Made by a program: the position numbers and the translations under genes
Notes under the pieces: generated by a model
Database searches by the model: none
Told to the model about the DNA's origin: nothing
Seen by the model: the letters and a program-made list of their open reading frames with translations, nothing else
Source of the DNA: an uncultured Clostridia bacterium
GTDB lineage: Bacteria; Bacillota; Clostridia; Saccharofermentanales; Saccharofermentanaceae
Assembly: GCA_937876985.1 (NCBI GenBank)
Contig: CALEFT010000008.1
Location: 2,149 to 66,148 of the forward strand
Direction of reading: 5' to 3'
DNA length: 64,000 bases
Part shown: piece by piece, positions 39,957-50,056 of the stretch
How the letters are laid out: every line of letters starts with the position of its first letter
How positions within the stretch are numbered: the stretch's first letter is position 1

Positions 39957-40013
39957 TTGTTCTGCAATTTATGACTTTTCGCAATCCTTTTATATGTTTT
40001 TATCCGAAACAAT

Positions 40014-41363
40014 TTAAAACTGCAAGTTCTTATTATTTGAATCTGCGTCAAAAAACATAATATAGTAGATTGGTATATAAGTTATTTTTCCGTTTTGTGT
40101 GACATTTCTTTCGTTAGATACAACGAATGCTTTTTTGATATGATAATCTTCGTTTTGAACGAACGTGTTCAATGCGCTATGCACGGTATAGTCTTTACCA
40201 GACTTTACTTCAATCGGTACAGCAGAAAGGCTATCGTAATCATCAATTAGATAATCAACCTCGCCCTTGTTACGATTGTCATAATAAAAGAGTTTGTGAC
40301 CGTGAGCAATTAATTCACATGCAACAACCGTTTCATAAACAGAACCCAGATTAATACTTCTCTCATCATCCAGTACCGCTCTAATGTTATTTCCGTAAAG
40401 AATACCCGTAAGAATACCAACATCATTCAGATAAAGTTTAAGTAAATTCTTTCCAGTAGACTCAATTAAAGGAAATGTCGGATTTGAAATTGCCTGAACA
40501 TTCAGTGCAATACCTGCACTTATAAGATAATCAAATTCATCAGCATAATTATTGAATGTCTTGCCCCTCTTATTCTCAATGTTTTGTACAATAATTCTTT
40601 TTTTCTTATTTTCCATATTAGAAGGGATAAGATCATAAATTCTACGAATCTTTAGCTTCATTTCATCATCATATTTTGAAGCATCTGCAGCATAGTAATC
40701 ATGAATTTCTTCTTGTACATCACGAACTGCTCGAATATTTTTAGTTTCAAGATAGGCATTAACCGCGTCAGGTAATCCACCAACAAGCAAGTATTTGCGG
40801 AATAAGTCCATCATTTTGTTGTGTGTAGACTCATCTAATGCTTCAAACCTTTCGAATTTTTTGCGCATAGAGGAAATCACAAATTCGTTCATTCCGTTAG
40901 CATAAAGAAATTCCTCAAAATCCAACGGGAACATTCTTACCTTTCGAATGCTACCCATTGGTATTGATGTGGTTTGCGATAGCGTAACGCCTAAGAGTGA
41001 ACCACTTGCAATATAAGTAAACTTATTATCTTGCGACAAAAATTTGAGCAACGTGAGCAAATGAGGATAAGCCTGAATTTCATCAATAAAAATCAGCGTA
41101 TTCTCTTTGTTTTTCATTTTATCTCCTTCAAGCATACTAACTTGCAGATAAAAATCTTCCACGGTTTTAGTATCTGCAAAAAGGCGATCACCCAAAGAAT
41201 CGGCAATCATATTGATTTCTATATAGTTTTCAAAAAGTTTTTTGCCCACATGATTAATAATGTATGTTTTACCAATCTGACGGGCACCGTCGATTAAAAG
41301 AATCTTTTTAGAATCAGATTTTAAATGCTCTTCAATGAGAGATTCTATCTTACGATATAGCAT
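40014..41363 (-). CDS. COG1373 ATP-binding protein (AAA_14 + DUF4143)
   Basis: GARQIGKT, FIDEIQ, SGS, VGGLP, KLYLNDVG, EVDY, PIEVKSG; start MLYRK after GGAGG. Confidence 0.9.
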   Translation of the reverse strand: MLYRKIESLIEEHLKSDSKKILLIDGARQIGKTYIINHVGKKLFENYIEINMIADSLGDRLFADTKTVEDFYLQVSMLEGDKMKNKENTLIFIDEIQAYPHLLTLLKFLSQDNKFTYIASGSLLGVTLSQTTSIPMGSIRKVRMFPLDFEEFLYANGMNEFVISSMRKKFERFEALDESTHNKMMDLFRKYLLVGGLPDAVNAYLETKNIRAVRDVQEEIHDYYAADASKYDDEMKLKIRRIYDLIPSNMENKKKRIIVQNIENKRGKTFNNYADEFDYLISAGIALNVQAISNPTFPLIESTGKNLLKLYLNDVGILTGILYGNNIRAVLDDERSINLGSVYETVVACELIAHGHKLFYYDNRNKGEVDYLIDDYDSLSAVPIEVKSGKDYTVHSALNTFVQNEDYHIKKAFVVSNERNVTQNGKITYIPIYYIMFFDADSNNKNLQF

Positions 41364-41376
41364 AAAAACTCCTCCG

Positions 41377-41456
41377 TTAAAACTTTTCAAATGTATTACA
41401 GCACAAAACTTATGACATTTCAATATTATTTCGCGGTATATTTTATGACATTTCAA
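41377..41456. repeat. Three 14-bp direct repeats at an exact 33-bp period
   Basis: TTAAAACTTTTCAA 41377, TTATGACATTTCAA 41410 and 41443. Confidence 0.75.
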
Positions 41457-41741
41457 AAAATAGAAGTAAAAACTTCGGCTAAAATATGAGATTTACTCAT
41501 TTTAGCCGAAGCTTTGGACTAAATTCACAACTGTTTTATGATAATAAAAGTGTATAGTTTTATTATCAAAACAAATTTTATGGCTTATCTTGCTAAAAAT
41601 AATATATGCTTTTTTCAACATAGTCATGTGTGGATAAAATGAATTTTCACTTGCGAGAGTGAAAAAAGTGAAAATTTAGCAAAAATTCTCTTGAAGTTGA
41701 AGTAGACGAAAAGAACTACCGAAGACCCTATGGCTTAAGCC

Positions 41742-42839
41742 TTACGACTTGCTTCTAGCCACGATTTCTTCGACCTTGTCTTTCTGTTCGAATAAGACGC
41801 AGCCACCTACGTGTTCTCCTGTCAGAACGCTTTCGTTTTGGAGCGCGCGGAATAAGTTGGATTCTAATGCTTTTCGAAGTGGGGCATTACGAACGCTAAT
41901 GTCAGAATAAGGCGAGAATGGGCAAGGCTCTGCGCCGCCGTGAGAGTTGATGTGGAAGAAGCCTCTGCCTGCCGCTAGACAGCCGCCAGTAGTTTTCTCG
42001 TCGCCTGGGAAAGCGATAAAAATCATCTCAGGTCGAAAAGCTCGAAGCTCGGCCATGCTTTTTTCCATGAAGGCGCGGTCGTCGTCTGTTGGTGCAAGAT
42101 TGGTCGTCTCGCTACTAATTGGAACATATTCGATGTAGAAAATTACTTTGCAGCCGCGAAGGTGCAAGTCGTCTACGAAGCTATCAGAGAAGACTTCGTT
42201 CATGTTCTCTCGCGTTACTGTGACGGATGCGCCGAAGATTAGATGCTTGTTTTGCATTTTCTCCATAGCCTCAAGAAGCCTAGTGTGAACGCCCTCGCCG
42301 CGACGAGAATCAGTCTTGTCCTTATGGCCTTCGATGCTGAATACAGGAACCAAGTTTCGGCACGAATCGAATAACTCAAGGTATTTGTCGTCTATCATCG
42401 TTCCGTTCGTGAAGATTGGGAAGAGAATTTCTGGCACATCGCCAGCTACTCTGATTACGTCTCGGCGAATCATTGGCTCGCCGCCAGCTAAGAGGACAAA
42501 GCTAATTCCAAGATCGCTAGCCTCGCGGAAAATCCTATGCCACTCTTTGTCACTTAATTGCTCTACGGGCGAAGAATCCAAGCACGCTTTGTTGTGGCGA
42601 GCGTAGCAACCTGCACAGTGAAGATTACAGCTGCTAGTAATGCTCGCGATAAGAAAAGGCGGAATGTGTTCGCCGCTATCCTTAAGCTTCATGCGGCGCT
42701 TGTTTGCTTCCTTTACGCTAAGACTATACTTCATCATGAACGCGCTTTCCTTCGGATCTTGCAAAGTAGCTCGAAGAATGTTCTTCACAAGATTATCAAC
42801 GCCTCTAGTAAGGTATTCTGCAAGATTAAAGTTCTCCAT
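41742..42839 (-). CDS. Radical SAM / SPASM-like protein
   Basis: CNLHCAGC, GGEP, FTNGT, C-terminal GGCLAAG..PCPF. Confidence 0.9.
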   Translation of the reverse strand: MENFNLAEYLTRGVDNLVKNILRATLQDPKESAFMMKYSLSVKEANKRRMKLKDSGEHIPPFLIASITSSCNLHCAGCYARHNKACLDSSPVEQLSDKEWHRIFREASDLGISFVLLAGGEPMIRRDVIRVAGDVPEILFPIFTNGTMIDDKYLELFDSCRNLVPVFSIEGHKDKTDSRRGEGVHTRLLEAMEKMQNKHLIFGASVTVTRENMNEVFSDSFVDDLHLRGCKVIFYIEYVPISSETTNLAPTDDDRAFMEKSMAELRAFRPEMIFIAFPGDEKTTGGCLAAGRGFFHINSHGGAEPCPFSPYSDISVRNAPLRKALESNLFRALQNESVLTGEHVGGCVLFEQKDKVEEIVARSKS

Positions 42840-43048
42840 AAGCGCCTCCTATAATCTAACTGTTCCCTATGTCTTTTTCCGTCTTCCTTTTTCCATATAA
42901 TTATCCCATAGATTTAACGGAATAAATATATGACCCTTTGATTTTTATCTCGTATGTCTTATACTAGTTTTGTAATTTCTATTACTACAAGCACAACTAT
43001 AGCACAACTATAACACAACTCTCAGAAACCAAATATATCGAGGTCAAT

Positions 43049-43390
43049 ATGGCTATTACAATTAATATCTATTACAAAGGCGCAGGCGACAACGCAATTA
43101 AATTCGCAGAAGAGATGACCTCTAGCGGCATCGTTAATGACATTCGCGCTGAAGAAGGCAATCTTAGATATGAATATTTTGTACCAATGACAAGTCAAGC
43201 TGATTCGAGCACTATTCTTCTTATTGACAGCTGGGAGAACCAAGAGGCAATAGATAGACACCACGCTTCTGCTATGATGCAGAAGATTATTGACCTTCGC
43301 GAGAAATACGATCTAACAATGAAGGTCGAACGCTTCGTTAACGATGAAGCTGGTATTCCTCACAAAGACCAGGCGTTTATCAGAAATTAA
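43049..43390 (+). CDS. Antibiotic biosynthesis monooxygenase (ABM) family protein
   Basis: IRAEEGNLRYEY, W.NQEAID.HH. Confidence 0.85.
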   Translation: MAITINIYYKGAGDNAIKFAEEMTSSGIVNDIRAEEGNLRYEYFVPMTSQADSSTILLIDSWENQEAIDRHHASAMMQKIIDLREKYDLTMKVERFVNDEAGIPHKDQAFIRN

Positions 43391-43428
43391 TTGACGAATC
43401 CTTTCTCTACATCAATACCTGTACAATA

Positions 43429-45015
43429 CTAGACTTCCCTCTCGTTAAAAGATATGGATTTCCAATTTGTAAAATGCACTCTGACTCCATCAGTCTCAGC
43501 CTTGCTATTTGAAGCCAATACATATGGACCATATGTGCAGCCAACAAAACCGCCTGCAAGCTCAGAGGACAAAAATGCTGTATCAACATCACTAGCGACA
43601 CATTGGTTGTTGGCGTAAAAGGATGCTTTTCGATGGTGTCCCTTGATAGCAAGCTTTACTACATCGCTCGAAGCCTCGCTCCAAACCTCATTGAGCGTGA
43701 TTTTGCCAAGCTCAGTAAACTCGCATTTGTTGCAAGAACGCGCTGTAACGACTTGTCTGCCTCCTTCATTTGAGATAAGAAGGCTAATATAATTGTCGTC
43801 ACTATGTAGATAAAGAAGCCCTGCATGGACGCCCTCCGTACCAAAAGCTCGCACATCAATTTGTGCCTCAAAACCAAACTCTTGCTGCCTGATTCCAATA
43901 TAAGAAGGGCTCCTATCGCGGTCATTCGGCGTCGCAGTCGAAGCGGCAATCGCAATCTCGTTCGCGCTAACAATTCTGTACATATCCCTCTTCGGATGAC
44001 GGAAAGTCATGAGGCGCACATCAAGCCTATCCTGATAACGTATATTTATCTCTTTCTCATAAGCCGGAGTGCCAGACAATTTCTCCTCAGGAAGCGCCAC
44101 CTCCTGCTCGAAAAGCACCTGCCCAACACCAGGATTTACAACAGGCCACCCATCTTCCCAGGTAACCTCCGCAATAAATGTCTCGCGACCAAGCTCCGTA
44201 ATTCCATCAATCGGTCTCGTACCTAGCATAATGAGATACCACCTTCCATCCGGCGTATCAACCAAATCTCCGTGACCAATATTTTGTATTGGACTCTTGC
44301 GCCCAAGATGCCTATGCGTCAAAAGCGGATTGCATTTGTAATTCTCATATGGCCCAAACAAAGACTTGCTTCTAGCCACGGAAATACTATGCTCGAAGCA
44401 TGTTCCCATCTCCGCACAAGTCAGATAATAGTATTCTCCGATATGGAAAATGTGCGGTCCTTCAACCCACTCACAATCCTTCATCGCGCCTTCGTAAAGC
44501 GAAGTCACCTCGCCAAACAGTTCGCCCTTCTCTAAGTCTAACTCCTGAATCCAAATCTCGCAGTCTCCACGGAAACGCGCATTAGGCTTTTGTCTTTGTC
44601 CAATGTAATAGCACTTTCCCCCTTCGAAAAACAGCGTCGGATCAATACCTTCATCCTGTCCCTCTGGAGCCTTAAGCCACACTGGCTCAGACCAAGGTCC
44701 AGCCGGATTTGTCGCCGTCACATAGAAATTTCCGCCATTATCAACATTTGTAGTAATCATGTAGAAAACGCCGTCATGATATCTAATAGAAGGAGCAAAA
44801 ATTCCACGCGACATCTCTGCACCATCTAACGGAAGCTGGCTCTCACGTTCGAGGACATTTCCAATTTGTTCCCAATTCACCAAATCCCTACTATGCCAAA
44901 CGGGTACGCCCGGCACATAAGAAAATGTTGAATTTACCATATAATAATCATTACCCACTCTGCATACCGATGGATCCGGATAAAAACCTCTCAAAATAGG
45001 ATTTCTAGCAATCAT
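43429..45015 (-). CDS. GH43 beta-xylosidase / arabinofuranosidase
   Basis: NPILRGFYPDPS, FAPSI, GIDP, EGPH, GHGDLV, GRETF. Confidence 0.93.
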   Translation of the reverse strand: MIARNPILRGFYPDPSVCRVGNDYYMVNSTFSYVPGVPVWHSRDLVNWEQIGNVLERESQLPLDGAEMSRGIFAPSIRYHDGVFYMITTNVDNGGNFYVTATNPAGPWSEPVWLKAPEGQDEGIDPTLFFEGGKCYYIGQRQKPNARFRGDCEIWIQELDLEKGELFGEVTSLYEGAMKDCEWVEGPHIFHIGEYYYLTCAEMGTCFEHSISVARSKSLFGPYENYKCNPLLTHRHLGRKSPIQNIGHGDLVDTPDGRWYLIMLGTRPIDGITELGRETFIAEVTWEDGWPVVNPGVGQVLFEQEVALPEEKLSGTPAYEKEINIRYQDRLDVRLMTFRHPKRDMYRIVSANEIAIAASTATPNDRDRSPSYIGIRQQEFGFEAQIDVRAFGTEGVHAGLLYLHSDDNYISLLISNEGGRQVVTARSCNKCEFTELGKITLNEVWSEASSDVVKLAIKGHHRKASFYANNQCVASDVDTAFLSSELAGGFVGCTYGPYVLASNSKAETDGVRVHFTNWKSISFNEREV

Positions 45016-45800
45016 CAGGAAACCTCCACTCCGCTTTCATCTAAGACAATACAATTACAAAAACCAGAATATACCACATTGCTATCCATCGCGATGATTC
45101 CATCATCAACAAATGGCCTGAAGCTCAACTTACACGCCTCCGAATGCCTTGCAGGAAATTCCTCAGAGTCCTTGTGAATACGTGCATTTCCATATGATGC
45201 ATGGAAGTGGCCACAAATCACTGTCTTGCCAGCGACTCTGTTGCGCGTATCCTTCCAGTACTCCATTCCATTTGACCAAACAGCACTTTCCCAATCAGCC
45301 TTTTTCGCAGTCTCGTAATATGGACCATCCTCATTTACTGGAACCCATCCATGCACAAGAAGTTTGTCTCCAATTTCCTTATAGTAGACACCCTTCTCCT
45401 TAACAAAATCAATCACATCATAAATTGGGTACAATTCTCTCGCCATGAAATTATGGTAATTCAAATCATTCTTATATAAACCAGTAAACGCCGTAATAGT
45501 ATCTAGAGTGCCATTTGTCTCATCGCATTCTTGCAGACCTCTCATCTTGCACACGCTATCTATCGCTCCGATAAGGAGCAATTCATGATTCCCGATAATG
45601 TATGTTAGTCTTGCTTCACCATCAAGTTTTCTTAGAAAATCGAACACTTCCTTTGGCTTTGGCCCTCTGTCAAAAGCATCTCCGCACAAAACAACATGAT
45701 GCTCCAAATTATCAATCTCGAAGCCCTTCTCATCCAAAACCTTCATCATCTCATCATAAAAAGAATGAACATCCGCTAACACAAAATACTTAACCGCCAT
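45015..45800 (-). CDS. Calcineurin-like metallophosphoesterase
   Basis: DVHS, GDAFDRG, GNHE, VHG, GH. Confidence 0.88.
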   Translation of the reverse strand: MAVKYFVLADVHSFYDEMMKVLDEKGFEIDNLEHHVVLCGDAFDRGPKPKEVFDFLRKLDGEARLTYIIGNHELLLIGAIDSVCKMRGLQECDETNGTLDTITAFTGLYKNDLNYHNFMARELYPIYDVIDFVKEKGVYYKEIGDKLLVHGWVPVNEDGPYYETAKKADWESAVWSNGMEYWKDTRNRVAGKTVICGHFHASYGNARIHKDSEEFPARHSEACKLSFRPFVDDGIIAMDSNVVYSGFCNCIVLDESGVEVS

Positions 45801-45861
45801 ACTACTACCTACCCTTCTTAGAATTCATATTCAATTATTTACTAGCATATACCAACTTCGT

Positions 45862-46473
45862 CTAATCTACAGAAACAATGTCCTTCTTATACAAGAAGCA
45901 GCCCTCGTCATGCGAATTAATAATTCCAACTGCCTGCAAGTATGAATAGATGATCACAGAACCAACAAAGGACATTCCCCTCTTCCTCAAATCCGAAGAA
46001 ATCTCATCAGAAAGCTCATTTGTCGTAGCTCCAACCTCATAATAAATCTTGCCACCAGTAAAATTTTCCAAATAAGCGCGAAAAGATCCAAATTCACCTA
46101 CAATCTCCCTATACACTTTACTATTGCGAATACTCGCCTCAACCTTACGTCTATTACGGATAATCCCATCGTTTGCAAGCAAATCATTAATTTTATCTTC
46201 GCCATACATGATAACCTTTTCCAAATCGAAATTGTCGTATGCCTTTCTGAAGTTATCTTTTTTATTCAGAACACATTCCCAAGACAGCCCTGCTTGAAAA
46301 GATTCAAGAATCAGCATCTCATACAGATACTTATCATCCAGATTGATTATGCCCCACTCCTTGTCATGATATTCGACATATAGTGGATTATTCATATTGC
46401 ACCACTTGCAACGAACTAGAGAGTTGCTGTCATTATTCATCTTGTTCATCCTATTAGTCACCCTATTAAACAC
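45862..46473 (-). CDS. tag: DNA-3-methyladenine glycosylase I
   Basis: RC.W, YHDKEWG, LESFQAGLSW, IIRNRRK, H...C; start uncertain. Confidence 0.93.
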   Translation of the reverse strand: MFNRVTNRMNKMNNDSNSLVRCKWCNMNNPLYVEYHDKEWGIINLDDKYLYEMLILESFQAGLSWECVLNKKDNFRKAYDNFDLEKVIMYGEDKINDLLANDGIIRNRRKVEASIRNSKVYREIVGEFGSFRAYLENFTGGKIYYEVGATTNELSDEISSDLRKRGMSFVGSVIIYSYLQAVGIINSHDEGCFLYKKDIVSVD

Positions 46474-46512
46474 GGTTGTTATTGATATTTATATATTCAG
46501 TAGAACTCCTTG

Positions 46513-46863
46513 CTATTCCGCATCAATTCCATAAACTATATCGTCACGGAAAGCATCTAATAACAATTCATCAATTTTCCCTTCGGAAACTATATCTCTC
46601 TTACTTAATTCTTCTACTTGTTTAAGATAATGACCATATGTATACTTCTGTCGATCAGCAACATTTGGTTTATAAAGTTTATCATCATATCCAAGACTTC
46701 TTACTAATCGCCAGAACATTGCTAGATGACTCATGCCAAAGAACTGTTCCATCTTAATTACATCTGCCATTGTTAGAGCAGATAAAGAAAAACCGTCGAC
46801 TTGCATGGAAGTACTAACTCGAGTATAGATATGTGCTTCAGCACCGCTCTTCGCTTTTTCCAT
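46513..46863 (-). pseudogene. Chimeric relic: serine recombinase N-terminus joined to an ImmA/IrrE-like C-terminus
   Basis: First 29 aa contain IYTRVSTSMQVDGFSL (resolvase catalytic motif), then an unrelated EQFFGMSHLAMFWRL...LLLDAFRDDIVYG segment. Confidence 0.7.
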
Positions 46864-47011
46864 TTAGCAACCTCCTAACAAATCATTTATTTTATTATAC
46901 ACCGAATGTGTTCTTTTATCGAGATAATATATCATTTTTTCGTGATATATTATTGAATATTTTTTGTTTGGTATGCTATAATGCTTAACAAGTAGCTTAG
47001 GAGGTGGCTCT

Positions 47012-47212
47012 ATGCTTTTTAATTACAACAAGTTATGGAAATTGTTAATTGACAAAGGTATGACTAAAACGGAAATGAGAAAAGCGACAAATATTAGTAC
47101 CAACATACTTGCAAAAATGGGAAAGGGTGAAGCTGTTTCAATGGAAACATTAGCAAAGATTTGTACAACACTTCATTGTTCCCTTGATGATATTGTAGAA
47201 ATAGAAGAGTAA
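47012..47212 (+). CDS. XRE/Cro family HTH regulator
   Basis: YNKLWKLLIDKGMTK...VSMETLAKIC..L.C.LDDIVE. Confidence 0.9.
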   Translation: MLFNYNKLWKLLIDKGMTKTEMRKATNISTNILAKMGKGEAVSMETLAKICTTLHCSLDDIVEIEE

Positions 47213-47230
47213 ATATGGAGCGGAAATATT

Positions 47231-48343
47231 ATGAAGAATAAAATTAACACGATAATAAACGGTGATTCTATCAAAGAGATGAATGCACTACCTGAAAATA
47301 GTATTGATTTGATATTTGCTGACCCTCCATACTGGATGAGAGTAGAGGGAACCCTAACAAGAGTTGAGGGAACAGAGTTTGATGGTTGTGACGACGAATG
47401 GGACCAATTTGAAACATTGGACGATTATGAGGCATTTACACGCGCGTGGTTGTCTGCTTGCTATAGAATTCTAAAACCGAATGGTTCAATTTGGGTTATC
47501 GGTGGAATGCAATGCATTTATTCTATTGGTGCGATCATGCAACAACTTGGCTTTTGGTTAATCAATGATGTTGTATGGCACAAAAAGAATCCCACCCCTA
47601 ACTTTATGGGAACACGATTAAACAACAGCCACGAAACAATGATTTGGGCAACAAAATCAAAAAAAGCAAAATACACATTCAATTATAAAACAGCGAAAGA
47701 ACTTAACACCGATTCTGTTCCTTTTGATGAATATGAAAAGGGAATCCGTAAGCAAATGGGGTCTGTTTGGAGATATTCCGTTTGTTCAGGAAACGAAAGA
47801 CTAAAGGATGAAAACGGTGAAAAACTCCACAGCACACAAAAGCCTCAAGAAATGCTTGAAAGACTTATCGCTATATCGTCTAAAAAAGGCGATATCGTTT
47901 TAGACCCATTCGGTGGGACGATGACGACCGGAGCTGCTGCAAAAAAACTTGGCAGAAACTACATCATGATTGAACGAGATGAGCGATATTGTAGGTTTGG
48001 AGAAGAGCGACTTGAGCAAGTTGTCTTTGAAGATAGCGACATTGCACGAGCTGTATTTGATGAGAAACCTAAAAAGGTTTCTATGCCTGATATGATTAAA
48101 GATGGCTATTTCCATGTCGAAGAATGGTTCTACTTCAAAAATGGTAAAAAAATAGCAACACTTTGCGAAAACGGTAAATTATTGTATCAAGGCGAAAAGA
48201 TTGATATGCACACATGTTGTGCATTAGCAAGAAATGTTAAAGCCAAAAGATTAAATGGTTTTGACTATTGGTGTGTAATGAGAGATACAAAGTTAGTGCC
48301 AATTGACCGAATAAGAGAAGAGTATAGAAAAGCAACAAAATAA
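47231..48343 (+). CDS. Beta-class N6-adenine DNA methyltransferase, CcrM / M.HinfI-like (probably GANTC)
   Basis: LIFADPPY, DDEWDQF, HSTQKP, LDPFGGT; CcrM-like C-terminal domain (NGFDYW). Confidence 0.88.
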   Translation: MKNKINTIINGDSIKEMNALPENSIDLIFADPPYWMRVEGTLTRVEGTEFDGCDDEWDQFETLDDYEAFTRAWLSACYRILKPNGSIWVIGGMQCIYSIGAIMQQLGFWLINDVVWHKKNPTPNFMGTRLNNSHETMIWATKSKKAKYTFNYKTAKELNTDSVPFDEYEKGIRKQMGSVWRYSVCSGNERLKDENGEKLHSTQKPQEMLERLIAISSKKGDIVLDPFGGTMTTGAAAKKLGRNYIMIERDERYCRFGEERLEQVVFEDSDIARAVFDEKPKKVSMPDMIKDGYFHVEEWFYFKNGKKIATLCENGKLLYQGEKIDMHTCCALARNVKAKRLNGFDYWCVMRDTKLVPIDRIREEYRKATK

Positions 48344-48372
48344 AGAAAGCAGTCCTTTTGGACTGCTTTCTT
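48343..48372. terminator. Bidirectional terminator between MTase and nuclease genes
   Basis: AAGAAAGCAGTCC-TTTT-GGACTGCTTTCTT. Confidence 0.85.
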
Positions 48373-48977
48373 TATTTTATTATCTCGTTCAAATCAAATG
48401 GAAGCAACTCGCTTAAACTGAAATGGTAGTTCACGACAACTCCTTTGTGTTGACCGTTTACCACATCTCCGACTCCACTTTTTCTACGGAATCTTCGCTT
48501 ATCGCCATAATAATTAAACAATTCTTCAAACTGCGATATGTGATTATAGAAAAGAGCAACTTCTCCGTTGCCTACTATACAAGGTCTGTTAGACAACACC
48601 CACATTATATAAATTGGCACTCGCTCAATTCTACTTTGAGCAATATAATGCTCCAAGTCTGATTGATTGAGCGCTACTGTTTCGGACGGGATTAAATCAC
48701 TATTTGGCAACAATCTACAAACACTCATAAATGTTCGTCTTTGAGCTTTCACTTCTATGTAACAGATAAGTTTGCCGTTTCTGAGATTATATACTTCGAT
48801 ATCAGGGTATTGTGGTTTTTGTGTTTTCTTTGCAAAGTACCCCATATCAATTATTTCGGAAATAATTTCATTTTCAAAATGTTCTGAGTACTCAACATCG
48901 TTCATGAATTTATAAACACCGATTGAAATGCCGTCACATTTATTATTGCATTTCTGACAATCGTACCTAAAACACAT
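48372..48977 (-). CDS. Putative PD-(D/E)xK nuclease with Cys-rich N-terminus
   Basis: E..., YPDIEV...YIEVKAQ; MCFRYDCQKCNNKC. Confidence 0.6.
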   Translation of the reverse strand: MCFRYDCQKCNNKCDGISIGVYKFMNDVEYSEHFENEIISEIIDMGYFAKKTQKPQYPDIEVYNLRNGKLICYIEVKAQRRTFMSVCRLLPNSDLIPSETVALNQSDLEHYIAQSRIERVPIYIMWVLSNRPCIVGNGEVALFYNHISQFEELFNYYGDKRRFRRKSGVGDVVNGQHKGVVVNYHFSLSELLPFDLNEIIK

Positions 48978-48993
48978 ATCGACCTCCCGTGTG

Positions 48994-49797
48994 CTATCTC
49001 AAGTTTGTTCCTGTTGGGAATAATTCATTTCTCAACTGAACATACTCAGGTTGGTTTGATGTAAGTTTCCTATACAATGTCGGCTCATTTCTTTTCAATT
49101 TTTGAACAGCGAGTTTTATTTCCGGACTTTTATCAAAATCAGGAATATTAAGATCATCATTTGTTCTTTCTTGTTTGTTTCTTAATAGATAAGAACAGAT
49201 TTCCTGCCATACATCAGGGCGACCAAATAGGTCAGCAAATAAAACACCACCATACATAATGTTGATGTAAACCCCTGATACTTGCTCTGCTTGTGCTTTC
49301 GATAGATAATAATTCTTGTTTTTTACAAAACTATCATCAATGAACCACATTGTCGCAATTACGTCGCAATTCGGAAACCTTTTCTTTAGCAACGAAAACT
49401 TCTTCCTGAAGTTTTCATATTGACCCCTTTTCTTAGTGCTATCGTGGTCATCTCTAGTTTTTTGCTCAATAAGATAAACGGTATTACCTTTTCGGAACAC
49501 CTGGTCTGCGCTAAGTTGATTTCCGTCTTCGTCTGTGCCAATGCTCTTGTCAAGGTTGGTGTATCCCATTTCAGCGATGTACTCAGTAACAATCTCTTCC
49601 ATGAAATCACCGAACTTAATTTCTCGACTTTGTGTCACATTCTGAATAAGTTTTGTCTTAGCATTACTCAATCTGAAAATACCGGTATAGCGTTTAGGAT
49701 TCTTTACAACGGTAACCAATAGTTCATAAATAAAGGCATCGTCATTTTTGATTCTTCTATTCAGGGAATCAATGAAATACTCATAGGTCTTAATCAT
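48994..49797 (-). CDS. Type II restriction endonuclease, HpyAIV-like
   Basis: NP.RY.G.FR, QSREIKFGD, ADQ...IEQK.RDDHDSTKKRGQ; follows the controller gene. Confidence 0.75.
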   Translation of the reverse strand: MIKTYEYFIDSLNRRIKNDDAFIYELLVTVVKNPKRYTGIFRLSNAKTKLIQNVTQSREIKFGDFMEEIVTEYIAEMGYTNLDKSIGTDEDGNQLSADQVFRKGNTVYLIEQKTRDDHDSTKKRGQYENFRKKFSLLKKRFPNCDVIATMWFIDDSFVKNKNYYLSKAQAEQVSGVYINIMYGGVLFADLFGRPDVWQEICSYLLRNKQERTNDDLNIPDFDKSPEIKLAVQKLKRNEPTLYRKLTSNQPEYVQLRNELFPTGTNLR

Positions 49798-50014
49798 CTA
49801 TATTTTCCTCCTCAATGAACAATAGATATGTTTCGATATTTAATGCGTCGGCGATTCTCTGGATGTTTTCCAACGATATACTTCGTTGAAATCTTTCAAC
49901 AGAACTAATATATGTTCGGTGCAACCCACACTTTTCGGCAAACTTTTCCTGTGAAAAACCTGCATCTGTGCGATATTTTCTTAGGTTTGTACCAAATACT
50001 TTGATAATATCCAT
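49790..50014 (-). CDS. R-M controller (C) protein, XRE HTH
   Basis: FGTNLRKYR...SQEKFAEKCGLHRTYISSVER; overlaps the REase start. Confidence 0.85.
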   Translation of the reverse strand: MDIIKVFGTNLRKYRTDAGFSQEKFAEKCGLHRTYISSVERFQRSISLENIQRIADALNIETYLLFIEEENIDD

Positions 50015-50056
50015 TGCTGATATTCCTCCATTTTTGTATAGCTTGACACAGTTCAC

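Larger units (their letters stand above)
28512..39983. mobile_element. Defence island bounded by identical 27-bp direct repeats
   Basis: TTGTTCTGCAATTTATGACTTTTCGCA at 28512-28538 and 39957-39983; AT-richer cargo, tnpV relic, adjacent to a tRNA; no integrase inside. Confidence 0.8.

Noticed and set aside
42987..43020. Short tandem repeats (GCACAACTATA x3; similar tracts near 16845, 55764 and 60296)
   Set aside because: Two to three copies, unrelated to each other; consistent with ordinary slippage.
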